A stretch of DNA of 64,000 nucleotides. It comes from Callorhinchus milii. Its lineage: Eukaryota. Of this stretch, positions 1-12,350 are shown one piece after another. Numbering within the stretch: position 1 is the stretch's first letter; every line of letters starts with the position of its first letter. Location of the stretch: the NCBI RefSeq assembly GCF_018977255.1, contig NW_024704743.1, positions 82,958,001 to 83,022,000 of the forward strand. The letters run 5' to 3'. A model generated the notes under the pieces. The model was not told the DNA's origin. It did not search any database and worked only from the letters and a program-made list of their open reading frames with translations. Position numbers and translations under genes: made by a program.

Positions 1-2237
1 TTGAGGAGCACGGGTCCTGCACAATGGAATATATAATGTACAGCAGAGTCTGAATTATCCAAACAATTCAGTTTGTTCCATAATAGTAGTGTGTATCGGA
101 TCAGGTTAGTTAAAAAAAGACTCATTCCTACATACAAAAATACTTAGTGTTTTAACTATTGAACAGTTTTAGGCAGAAAATAATATTGTGAAAGAGATCT
201 TATAAATATTACATTGAGAAGACAAAGGTGAATTCCTAGAAGAAGGGAAGCACAAGCTATTACTGTGGATTTTGCGTGGTGAAAGTTCAATATACATGTA
301 TACAGGGGCGGCAATAACTGAACAAGCCTCGTGTAAAGCATCTTCCAGGTGCTCCGATGTTTGACATTATGTATTCCTTGCAACTGGACAGATTCCTCGG
401 CAAAGATTAAGTTGTTTGTGAAACATGCACAGATGTTTCTGTGAAAATGGCACACATTTAGCTGTTTTTATTCTCGTAGTGTTTACCCTTTCCATGCTAT
501 ACGAAATTTCCTGAGTCGTTTTTTTTACTGGGCGCCATGGCTGATGGCAATATTCATGCCCTCTGTATCAGAAACAGCTGTGAAGGCCAAAGAGCTGGAG
601 TTTGATATTCTTGGTTCTATTCCTAGGGAAAATCGGGCTTGCTCCCCCAGGATCTGTTCACAGTTATGGATCAACCAAGATCCATAATAAGGCACCATTT
701 TGAAATATTTTTTACAAGAGATAATCGAGCAACATTAATAACAGCATTAAAAAGCCGATGACTGTCTTTGTGATTTTTAGAGTTCCTGATTAAAAACAGT
801 GCAGAGCAGGAAATGTAAATTGGACTTTATATTTACATTACTGTACTAACAGCAAAGCAACAGTGCTCCTGGATTAAACACAGTAATAATAATAAAAAAT
901 TACATACGTAAATGAAATGACAGAAGTTACTGAGTTTTACCATGAATTGTTCCAGATGTATTTAAAAAAAAGCGAATGAAAATGTTATTACAATTCAATG
1001 TAGCTTTGGTCTATGTTGGCCGATCATTGGGAGAAAAAGTAGAACTTTGTCAATGCCATTCTCATCCTAGTTCTCCCTAATGATGTTGCTTTTTGCAAAT
1101 TACAATATTCAACGTTGGTTATTGTTATTAAAATGACAAGGAATTTTAACGTTTTAGATCCTGAAAACTGCTTCACTTGGATTTGTGTGAGCATCTGCCT
1201 TAATGTAGGAATTTAAGGTGATATTTCCATAAAAAAGGAAAATTAAAAAATTAAAGTTGAAGGTGGCCTGGAGCTGAAAAGGTCAAGAACTGGTAACTTC
1301 TGAAACAGAAGATCAAGGCACAAGGGTTTTCAAAACTAGAGCTTGCTCGGTTTGCTTGAATGAGTTTCACAAGTTGCAATTTGGGCTACTTGGTTCATAG
1401 TCCGTCACGAGGCAATCAATGTTTTAGGAGAAAATTGAGAAATGGTATCATGGCTTTGACATTGCCACGAAGCAGACCATGTAGCTGTACTTAGGTGGAG
1501 CAGAATGCATAACGAATGTTAAATGGTGGGAGTGGGGGGGGGGGTTTAAAGTATGGGCATTTATAGATTTGAAATATTCTGCAACTTTTTGTTCTGATCT
1601 CCAGCATTAAAAAAACTCCTGCAGTTTAAAATTAGTTATTTTCTTGAAATGTATGTTGACGTGCAAATTGTTACTTGCATTGTCAATGTTTCATTCACTC
1701 TTTATTCAGCTCTGTTATCAAGTTTTCAGTTGGCAACAGTGTCTGCAAACTTAAACATGACTAATAGTTGCGAAATCTCTAGCTTCCTAGTTAGCAGAAG
1801 ACTTTTTTAACTATATATTTTGAAGGACTGAAATTCACATTTATCTAGTTTCTTCATACACTTTGTTTGTATATTTCTTATCCTGTGTGTTTGTGCAGTC
1901 TCAGACTGAACCAGTACATGGCACAGGTATTGTGGTATATTCGCATTGTCCTTGAAAGTGTCCAGTCACACTGACTCAGAATCTATAATACATTGGATCC
2001 TTTTAGAACACAGTAGTTTGTGTCCTTAAAAAAATGGCCCAACATTATAATGGGGTGCTGTATAAAAATGGCCACTGGTTAACGCAGATCATCGTTGACC
2101 TCACTTCCAGCATGTGACTGTGCGCTTGATGTCAGCAATCACTCTCGCAAGTTTGCCAGCAGTTGCTAGAAGCCAACTGGAAACAGGAGGTCTTCTGTGC
2201 CTGCACTTTATGGCACAGGAAGTCAGACAAGAAGTGT

Positions 2238-2385
2238 ACTGTTTCTGGGACATTGTTGTGCACAAATTGGCTGCCACGTTCACTCACAAAATACAGTCAC
2301 ACCACTTTACAATATATCCTGTAAAGTGCTATGAGTGGTCTCAACAACATGATAAGGCATTATATCAAAATAATTTTTATTATTG
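2238..2385 (+). mobile_element. 3' fragment of Deu-domain SINE with L2-type tail
   Basis: ctgtttctgggacattgttgtgcacaaattggctgcc...gataaggcattatatcaaa...ttattatt matches the 3' half shared by the SINE copies below. Confidence 0.75.
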
Positions 2386-2666
2386 ATATACTTCCAGTTT
2401 ACTGTGGGTCTGCAGTACACCAAAGTTCATTATAACAGGGCCTGAATGTATATGGTGGCAATGCTAGATTTGGTAAAACCAGCTCCAGTTTCACTTCAGC
2501 AGTTCTCCAGAAGTTCAGCATAATCGACTCTGTGTTTAAAGATTTTCAACAATTTTCAAATCTTTTATGTGCATCTAATGGAAAGAATAAAACCAATTAA
2601 GCTACTGTGGTATTGTAACCCTGCATCTAATGGCAAATTATATATTCATTTTCTTTTAAAATATAG

Positions 2667-2845
2667 GTCTAACTGTGCTGAGAACATTCGCAAGCATATC
2701 CTACACACTGGCAAACATGAGGGGGTGCGAATGTACAACTGCCCCAAGTGTGAGTATGGAACAAATATTCCATTAGAATTTCGGAACCATCTCAAGGAGA
2801 TCCACCCGGATATTGAGAACCCAGATCTGGCTTATTTGCACGCAG
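2667..2845 (+). CDS. ZNF407: Internal coding exon of zinc finger protein 407 (penultimate coding exon; last C2H2 finger region)
   Basis: Acceptor ttcttttaaaatatAG (AG 2665-2666) and donor CAG|GTAAG (GT 2846-2847). Translates as (R)SNCAENIRKHILHTGKHEGVRMYNCPKCEYGTNIPLEFRNHLKEIHPDIENPDLAYLHA(G), containing C-x2-C-x12-H-x4-H. I recognise this as near-identical to the vertebrate ZNF407 segment preceding GIVSKSY. Begins in phase 2 and ends in phase 1. Confidence 0.92.
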
Positions 2846-5469
2846 GTAAGGGCCAGCCTCTCGATCTTCTAATTCTTTGACTCCTTCCTCAGACTCCTTA
2901 TATGGCTCTTAATGACACACTATTGGCATGCATTTAGCATATTATTGGACTAATAGTGCTCCCCTTTACTGTCAACTTGTCATGATCTAATTTCAAGACT
3001 GATGTAAGAAGTTTATAATCATCAGCTTTCTTTTCTCCCTTATTCACACTTATTGTTTTATTATTAGTGCAATGAAAAGCATTTGGAATGGGTAAATATT
3101 AACAGCAAAGGAAATATTACAACTTGTCATCTTTATTTTGTGCCTTAAAACAATTGATCTAAAACAGATCATCATTATATTTTTATATTGAAAAAAGCTG
3201 TGTGAGGGCAAAGTCCATAGAACAGGGAAACCACCAACATAACGAGTAGTGGAAAAATCAAACCAGCGGTGGTTAAGAGACACTATACTTAGGTTTAAAG
3301 GGCCAGAGATTGTAGGAGGAATGAATATTGAAGGATTATCTTGGTAGTTAAAATTAGAAGTTGTTTTGGCTTGATAAAATGTTTATATTGATTAAGTCCA
3401 TATCGTAAGGAGCCAGAAGGGTGAAATATCTCATCTAGTCTTAGACTGTAAAAAAAATTAAATTGTGGAAAATTAATAATGTAATAATCACTGCAGTTTA
3501 TATGGAATCTTTAACATTGGGAATGTATCAAAGAACTTCATAATTTTTCTGATTGCATATTTTGTAGGTGAATGGGGAAGTTAATTTGCGCACAGAAGTG
3601 TCCCCAAGAGAGATTACATTTGTGAACAATTTTATTTGGGGGATTGTTGCCCATTTCTCCCGGTATCGTAGGCAACAAGGCTAAGACTAAGCTGCAGGGT
3701 TGTACAAAGCAAATTACAGCCCCTATGAACATATATTCTCCAAAATCTAAATGGCAAAAATTATTGGGGTGAAAAAAGGGCTGATTAAATATTGTCCTAC
3801 CTGTATTATAATCTGGAAAACCTTTCCTTCAAATTAGTATCTTTATTAGTTTCTTGCTGTATGTACTAGAGGTTCATATAGGTTGAAATTCCTGTCTTGG
3901 CATGAATATTAGTTTGATTGTCAGCTTGTTGCTCACATCTGTCAAAAAGAATTATCCAGTTTATACCATCTGTCTTAAATAAAATATGCACCTGGAAAAG
4001 GAGTTGAACTCCTGAGGACAGAATGAAGCACTTTCCACCTTTTGCCTATCTTTCCCTTCACATAAAATAATACTTCAAGTTTTTAGTATTACAGCATTAT
4101 GAGGTGATTCCACAAAATTATCAGCCTCACAATGAGTTTTAATTATATGATTTGCTTACAAACTGTTCATTCCATGATATGAATATTGCAATTATGAAGT
4201 CAAAACCAAAGAGAAGGTTACATTTCTCAATGCGGACTAAAAAGCACTTCTAGCCCCACCTTCTGCCCCAATCATCTGCTCCCATTGTTGTTGTGTGGTC
4301 ACTGGCAAAAACACTTTGGATGTAAACAGTATCACGGTAAATTGGTAATATTACTGGTACCTGCTCACCAGAAAAGAAAGCTTTGGGACTTCAATTATAT
4401 TTGAAGCTGGGAATCCTATGTATGTCTCACCAACTCACAAGGCCATGACTGAGCAAACAGGTGCTCCCTGCAGAAAACACAGCTTATGTCACAAAGTGGT
4501 TTTGGGTTGCCAAGTGTCAATAATGTTACCACTTTATGCAGAGAACTTTTTTCAAACTTAATGTCCTTTGTGGGAGCTGGTGGGTACCATTGTAAGCTTT
4601 TGTGCTGGTGAAGTGAATTTTAAACTTACTATGACATGTGGGAGTGAGGCATGGACAGCCCAATTGTCCCCAGTCCCTGCATTTGGAAAATGAGCACAAA
4701 ATTCAAAGGTTTCCTCAATGTGATCACTAAAACATTGCAAGAATTGTGTGTTTTCTACCTTGTTTCTTTTTGAAAATTGTGTTCAAAATATCTTAACATC
4801 GACCTTTTCTCGTAAATTTAAGCCATTGAATGTGGTCATATTATTGACAATGTGACAAAGGCTGTACAGCATGTTTCAGAGAGTAAATGTTAATAATATA
4901 TAGGCTTTGTTATTTGCGGGTGACATTCAGAGAAATAAAAGCTTATATCGCTGCTTTACGGGCTGCATCTTTGCAGTTTCCGATATGTGATACAGTTTCA
5001 AGTGGCTGTCATCCATGAATCTACAGCTCAACACTGCTATTATTTTTTGTGAAAAAAATATATCACTGTATTCCAGTGAAACCTGCAGCTTAAACTAGAG
5101 CATAGTTTTCGCATTTTAAGAACTCTCCCTTCATCTTTTTAGGTTATCAAGCTTGTAAGCTCTGTGTTCTGTGTTTATCTTTAGAATAAGTGGTTTTAAC
5201 TATCAGTCAATGTTAATAAACTCTTTGAGATGTTGTTGTGTTTGAACCCATCTGAACCCTCAGTGCCTTGCATTTAGGTGCTATCTTACTTTAGATACAC
5301 AATTGGACTCTAATTTTGCAATACTCCCAATTCTTTTTGGAAGTACCAGGACTCTGCTTGGACACCAATCTCTAACACGATACCCATAATTGAGGCCAAA
5401 GGCAGATCTTGATGTCTGGCAGGGATCGTGTCAATCTGTAACCAAACAGAGTTCGGGAAGGTTGACTTC

Positions 5470-5840
5470 ACACACTCCAGCCCTACTGTTAAGTCTTTGG
5501 CTAACCAAGCCTAATTGATAGAGTGATCTAAGCTGGACAAGTAACACTTTCCACGCGGTGTTTTCAGTGGCACGCGATGTGGATTAGCTGGTTAAACTCT
5601 AGCTGTATATCAATGCACAATCTGGAGTCCCCGAGCCTTGACTCTCACCAATTTGCACCTATTCTCCAGAATTAGGTAAGCAGAACCCATCCTTCTGGGA
5701 AGAAAGTGTAACGTTCCATTCAAGACATGAATTTCCATGTATAGGTGGCATGCATATGTGGAACTCTCAGTTTGGTCTGGACACTCTTAAGCACAGTGAT
5801 GGGATTCTGCATGTGTCAGACACCCGGCTGACCAAACTAA
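5470..5840 (+). repeat. Unclassified ancient interspersed repeat, copy 1
   Basis: Colinear similarity to 13940-14480 (+), 23415-23525 (-) and 40436-40540 (-), e.g. catatgtggaactctcagtttggtctggacactcttaagcacagtgatgggattctgcatgtgtcagacacccggctgacc. Confidence 0.6.
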
Positions 5841-7915
5841 AATACTTCCAGATACCAGCATAACTCGCTTGCGACAAATCCTTTTGCAATCTTACAGATT
5901 AGATCTGAATATGTAAGTTTAGTAACTTGAAACTTTAAGATACAATAAGATATAAAATGAAAGAGAGCACCAGGTTAATGTTTCAACACTTGAGACAGTT
6001 TCTTCATGTAACTAAAATTCTAATGGTGTGTCATGCTCTATCTTTTTTTTAAAAAAGTAATTAATATTGAATCTTTGCTAATCTGTATTGATTTTCTAAT
6101 CTATCATCGATTCTTAGTTTAAAAATACAATGCATCACTGGCTTTTTATTGTATAAGATGACAGCAGCTGATAAAGTATCAGTGTAGGAAGTGTCAGAAA
6201 AGGTTAATATTTATTGATTTTAGTTGCATTAAAACTGGCGTAGGTTTGCCATCAGAGATGTATGGCTAGCAGCTTTTGAGTCTAATGTAGATTTTCTGTA
6301 TGATGGTTAAACAAGCAATTTTACTGCAACCTATTCTAGCACCGAAGCTTTGGAGGAAAAAAATGACAGATCCTTAATAATAAAAAAAAGGTTCTGAAAT
6401 TCAGACCACCTGGGAGTTGAATTTACCATTCTAAAATGAGGCACAAGCGCACCACTTAAAAGCAGAATAACCCCTGGCATTGCAAACGATAGTCACATTT
6501 AGCCTTTTCATCCACTTAACTAGGTGCTATTGATCTACGGAAGGAGCATAAGCAGGTGATAGCTGGAATTATGAGCAATAAAGGACTTTTTCTTCAAACA
6601 AAAAGGGATATAATTAGAGGAGAGACCTCAGTTTGACATTCAGATTGAAAAGGTTTGAATTAACCAAAATGAACATTAAGGATTTTGTGTTTGGAGNAAA
6701 AAGGGAAATCAAGGTACGTAGTCTAGTTGCCTCGAAGGCTGAACCTGTGCTATAGCTGCAGCATATACATGAGAGAATGACGAGAACACTGCGGCCTTTC
6801 CATTTATCTCTATCACTGTACAGCTGTCAAAAGGGCAAAGGCAATAACTAATGTCATGGTTTGCATACACTAGCAAAAGATGCACACACACACAGAAAAG
6901 AAACAAAGCCCTTGTCTCAACCCTTGTTTAGATGTAAGGACATAAAGTATAAGATATTGGCAGATCTACAGAATTAAATTTCACTCTCTTTGACCATGAT
7001 GTAGTTTGAATAAATTGCACTATTGTGTATATTGCAGTCAAGTCACCATTGCTGACCTGCACACACAGCATCTGGTATCGTCACAAAGGAAAAATATTGC
7101 AAAGTCCTAATGTTATTATCACATTTTTTTTCATTTAAAAGAAAATTTTCAGCAACTGTGCAAATTGAAGCAGTGACAATATATGTACAGTTAGGTTGTT
7201 GAGTGAAGTATAAAATATGTGGAATGAAATAACATCTAATAAATAAAACTAATCATGCTGTTATGAATTTCTTTAATTGCTTTCAGCAGAATTTGTGCAT
7301 AATTAATTAAATTGCAAAAGAAAATTGTCACTTTTCACTAACGTTTTCAATAATTCTTCAGGACAGGTTTATATAATGCACCAGTTAAAGATTTGCCTAA
7401 ATGCTAAGATATTCCCTTAATGTACTAAAGGCATAGCAAATGAGTTTTCTCATAGCATGGTTGTGGGCTCACAACCAGCATCACCACTTTCTCACTGTTT
7501 ACCTACTTCAGGCCAGCTGAGGCAGTTTGAGTAAATGTCTTTATGGCCAGTGTTTCTCTCCCAACTGTGAGAACACGTGCAAATTCATATCCCACCCACC
7601 CATCTTCAACACATTCTTCTAGGTATATTGTTAATAGGATTCAGACACTGAGCAGTAAATGTAACTGCCAAAATGTATTTTTAGTGATGTTACTCAAAAA
7701 AATGTTTGCTTGCTGTGATGTTTTCTAATTCTGTCCGGATTAAAATTGTCTCTACAGGATTCCTTCCAGCATTTGTAATCCTAAAGATTAAGTTTATAGA
7801 CCATGGTTCCAGACATATCTGATTGAAAACAAAAGATTATTTATTCCTGCTTCAGAAGACTTATATTTGGTTCTCTCAAGAATATTTTTAAACACAAAGT
7901 AAAATAATACTGCTG

Positions 7916-8333
7916 AATAATCCTTGTGTATAGGTTATACTGTCTTTCGGGTCAGGAAACTGTCTCCAAAGGCTTCACAGGATATATTTTAGAGTGTAGT
8001 GACTGTGTATTTTGTAGACAAGCATGGCAGCCAAATTATAGGCAATGTCCCATAAACAACCATATATTAAATGACCTATTTTATTTGGGGATTGTTGGCC
8101 AGAAAACCAGGAGAAACTCCTTTCTCTTTTCCAGTAGTGCCATGAGATTTTAACATTCATCTGAACAAGCAGACAGGACCTTGGTTTATCATCTCATGTG
8201 AAGGAAGGCACCTCCAACAATGCATTACTGCATCATCCTAGACTATATGAGTTCAAAATCCCAACGTAGGAGTTAAACCCACAATCTTTAGACTCAAAGG
8301 CAATGAGTGCTATCAAATGAGCCAGGTTGATGC
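7916..8333 (-). mobile_element. Near full-length Deu-domain SINE (SacSINE1/AmnSINE1-superfamily-like, family B)
   Basis: Minus strand shows a tRNA-like head (ggctcatttgatagcactc...gagtc...ttgtgggtttaa), the Deu core (ctgcttgttcagatgaatgttaaaatctcatggcactactggaaaagagaaaggagtttctcctgg) and the shared tail. Confidence 0.8.
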
Positions 8334-8334
8334 A

Positions 8335-8616
8335 CAAACAGCAATGAAGTGAGTGACTAATTTTATCTGAGGGATTGTTGGCCGGGACATTGGGAGAAAT
8401 GTCCTTCTCTTTTCAAATAGTTCCATGGGATCTCTAACATCCACCTGAACAGGCAAGTTTAATCTCTTATCCGATGGTCAGCACCTTGAGCAATGCAGCG
8501 CTCTCCATCACTGCAGGGGATCGTCCGCCAAGACTACAATTTCAAAGTACTCCCCTGGTGCTTGTACTCACAACCTTCTGACTCCGAGGGGAGAGCTAAG
8601 TGAGCTAAATTGACAC
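8335..8616 (-). mobile_element. Deu-domain SINE (family B), second copy directly abutting the first
   Basis: Reverse complement shows a gtgtcaatttagctca...gagtcagaaggttgtg head and a cctgttcaggtggatgttagagatcccatggaactatttgaaaagagaagg core; 3' tail missing. Confidence 0.8.
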
Positions 8617-8644
8617 AAATCTGCTCAGCAGATTTTTAACAAAG

Positions 8645-9030
8645 CACTGGACAGTCAGGCGTTTTTGGACACAACCTGGGAGTTGGGGTCAGGAGAGGTG
8701 GAATGCAGGGGGTTGGGGATGAGATGGTGGCCAAAGGCATGGTCGAAGAGGAAGTTCTTTAGATGGGACTTGAAAGAGACAAGAGAGGGGGTGAGGTGGA
8801 GAGATTGCAGGATAGAGTTCCAGAGTGTGGGGGCAGAGATTCTGAATGCCCGACCACCAATGGTGGGGAGGGAAGTGCGGGGGACCTGAAGCAGTCCCCT
8901 GAGCGGAGGGAGCGGAGAGACTGATATGGGGTTAGGAGGTCATAGAGGTAGGGGGGAGCACAACCGGGAGGGCTTTGAAGGTGAGAACAAGGGTTTTGTA
9001 CTCGATTCTCTGAGGGATGGGGAGCCAGTG
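8645..9030 (-). mobile_element. L2-clade LINE 3' fragment
   Basis: Minus-strand remnants HWLP...APPYLYDLLTPY...RSLRS...GGRAF...AP.LWNS match the C-terminus of the L2 ORF2 copy at 42925-44121. Confidence 0.88.
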
Positions 9031-10435
9031 ACAAATCGAACATCTTTTGAAACTACCTGTTCAGATTGTCTCAGGAGTTCGGCTCGACCACAATTTCTAC
9101 TGTATGTTTCATGGCGAACCGCCACCAGAATCTCAGTGAATCGCTGTGAATCATGCAGTATAAACACAGTGTAAGCACATTTGCTGTACGCTTTACCCTT
9201 TTGCTTCACTGCCAAATGTTTGAAAAAATACTGGTTCCAAATAAATTGGACCCAAAACTCCCGGAAAGCGGAAGCCGTCCTAAATCAGGGCAATCCCATA
9301 GGCCTTTGTGATGGAGCGTTAGACTCCCATCAAAATGAGTTGCGAGTCTGTGTCCGATCCTGAGCTCCATTACAAATCTGTCTTTCTTAATTGGGTTCTT
9401 AACTGCACCACTAGCTTGAACACTCCATCTTGAGGGAGAAGCAAAAAAAACTTGGCAGTATCAATCCTGCCCCTCAGAAACAGACCACCTGACAGCCATT
9501 GATGGAGAGGAATGGACAGCAGCCAGAGCGAGATCCACATCCCACACGGCCCTGTCATAGCTGAAGGCAGAACAATGGGGACTCAATGTAGAAAATTTAT
9601 AAATAACAGACAGTATAATCCATTTCTTAAAATAACATTACTGTATGATGACTAGGAAATAACAGCTGATCCTAGCCAGACCAGATTGTCATGTCTCCCG
9701 ACCTTTACAGTGTTGTTTGTGCAGGAGAGGAAGGAGCAAGATATCGGTGTCACAGTTCTGAAGATCTAAAGGATGTGAATAAAATTCAGAGATTATCGCA
9801 CCTCTGTAGCTCACACTATGTTACATCCTGGCACATGATATAGTCAGTAGCAGAGTACCACAAGTGAAAAAAGCCTCAGTAATGCACAAGTGTGCAGTAT
9901 CTAATTATTATATGGTGTCTACATGTCATTCTTATTGTTACACAGTGCTTAGATTCTTAAGCATTTGAAAGCAGATCTAAAATTCAAAGTACTGTAAGAA
10001 GCACTACCCACAGAAAGCATTACTCCCCTTCAATACTGCCTGCTTTTATTGCATGACCAAATACTTCTGGCAATTTTAAACAATCTCACTGTCTTATGAT
10101 CTGAAGAGCAGGGCACAATGTGTACTAGAAATCCACATGACCTTACCCGTAGTTGTGGAAAGGAACAGAAAGACAAACTTACATACAATGCAATATGCAT
10201 TTATATAGTACCTTTCACATCTGGAGGACACCTCAAAACGTAACAGTACTGGATGGACACCTGAGTGTCCTAAACTCCCAAGCATTGAGTTTGAATTGAA
10301 TCGGATTATTAGTGTGTGGATCACAGCCATTCAGGGTAAAACGTGGCTTGAAATAGATTTGGCAATTCAAGAAAGGAACATTTCTTCAGCATATTATGTG
10401 TTGTTATTCAATAGATATTATAGAGACTTATAAAT

Positions 10436-10775
10436 TAAACTAAACCCCCAGCTATCTGGGTGGGGAGATCCAGTCCGACGAGCCGGAATTTGCGTCTAAG
10501 TGTATTTACAATGCCAGTACCGCAGGTTACAGTTTTTTTAAGTGCAGGTGAATACCGGAACTGCCAATGCAATTGTTTGAATCCCACGAGCAGACGATAG
10601 CGAATCAACTACCTTCCTCTTGCGGGATTCAATCTAAGTGAAAGTTGATATCTGGCCACTAAAGGCCACCGAGCACGGTGAGGGGTCGTGGATTTTTTAA
10701 AATTCCATTTTGGGCCTGGTCCAGCTGGTATGAATTCCAGATACCCAGAGTCCAGCAAACCAGGGCTTTACTGTA
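10436..10775. mobile_element. Candidate non-autonomous DNA transposon (Tc1/mariner-Tigger-like MITE) with internal hairpin
   Basis: CpG-rich island in AT-rich surroundings. Right end cagggctttactgTA resembles a CAGT-initiated TIR plus TA; the left end taaacccccagctatctgg is degenerate. Internal inverted repeat 10577-10590 / 10619-10632. Confidence 0.4.
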
Positions 10776-11699
10776 CTCAAGGGCATCGATGATGCAGTTT
10801 GTAATTACAGATGCATGCTATGCTTTTTTATACTTTGTGTCCATTTTTATCCTTTTCGCTCATCTCTTTCTTTCCCTCATGCTCATCTCTACTTCTCCAA
10901 CAGACGGGGACAGTTTACAATCTGTAGACTGCTAACTTTCTCATGTCTATGGCAAGGCAAACTGGATTGCCAAGTACTAAATAGGTCCTGCACGCAGCAA
11001 GTACTCCAGCACTTTGCCAGTGGGATCTCATACCAGACTAAATGCTGGGCAGCAATTAGAATAATGAGGGCAATACCCAGAAGTATATGTAAACAGGAAA
11101 AATCTTTTAGAACACATAACAAGAACAAGAAATTGGTCTTTACCTGACTCTAGCAGATAAGATGAGGGACTGATCAAAAGGGAAGTTAGTCATCATGTTG
11201 TTTGCTCATATCTTCTGTTTATTAGATTTTTCTACCTGTTGCCCAATTCCAAGAAATAGCCCTGCCATAACATTCTGGGTACACAGTCATGCTTGGTCAT
11301 CCACTGACGAACAATGCTCTTAGTGCGGTCCAGATCCCTGTAAGCTTCAAAAAAGATAGAATTTTAATAAAAAAAAGTCCCTTAACGAGGAATAATTTAA
11401 TGATTTTACTTCAATAATATAGAAGTATTTGCACCGCAAGAAAGACCTTAACATTTGGCATTTATTTATGTTAATAAAACTCCACGTTTGTACTCCCCAA
11501 ATTTCATTATTTTCTGTTACTTAAGACTTTTGAATTATTTTGTTGACATAGAATTGCACTGAATTTCTAGCCCTAGGGTTGCTTAATCCATCATCTGTGC
11601 TGATAGTTGGTTTCTCAAGCCCTCACCCCTTTTCAGAAATAAAAAATCTCCTATTTGTCTAATTCTTCTACTTCTTCCTATTTGCTTTTGTTGTAAATA

Positions 11700-12350
11700 T
11701 TTTGTAATAGCAGAAACAGTTATCTGCATCCAAACTTTCCAGACAATTCATAATTTTAAACACTTCTGTCAATTTCCTCCTGTTTTTTAAGAGTGACATT
11801 TTTGAGTGATCAATGTTAGTCTCTCAGGTACACATATTTTATTTGCCTTCTGAATACCGAACGCCAAGATCTTTGTCCTGTTCTGAAATCTCAAGTATGT
11901 TTCCATTCATCTCATATTTCACTTTTTCTTCTGTTGAATCTCATAATTTTTCATTTCTTTATTGTAAATTGCATCTTTCTGCCCACATGTACAGCTTCAT
12001 TTGATCTTATTGATGGCACCATTTGCCATTTCCAATTTGAAGTCATCTGCTAATTGGGAAGTCTTTGAATTATGTCAGTTTCCAAATCATTTATAAAAAA
12101 TTGTAATTAATCGTGAACCCAATACAGACTCTTGTGAGCACTAATTACTGGCTAGCAAAGGATACACATAAACCATGGACATTCAACTCACATAGCTACA
12201 CCATGTGCTACTTACTTGTTTCTATCAAATAACCGTTTACTATTCCATTTAACCATATTGCCGCCTAGCCAATGTACCTGAACTTTATGTAGCATAATGT
12301 GTTAATGCCTTTCTGAAATCCAGGTAAATAATATCCATTATCTCACCCAT
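11700..12350 (-). mobile_element. Highly decayed CR1-clade LINE reverse-transcriptase fragment
   Basis: Minus strand, in RT order: DIIYLDFRKA(F) (12304-12336), a degenerate VPQGSVLG motif (12115-12142) and ADD (12041-12050), with many indels and stops. Confidence 0.75.

Noticed and set aside
2569..2666. N-terminal part of ORF 2569-2880 as coding sequence
   Set aside because: It lies upstream of a good splice acceptor (AG 2665-2666), starts at a GTG, and is unrelated to ZNF407; it is intronic open frame.
6697..6697. Single N bases (6697 and 46008)
   Set aside because: Ambiguous calls next to A homopolymers; sequencing or assembly artefacts rather than biology.
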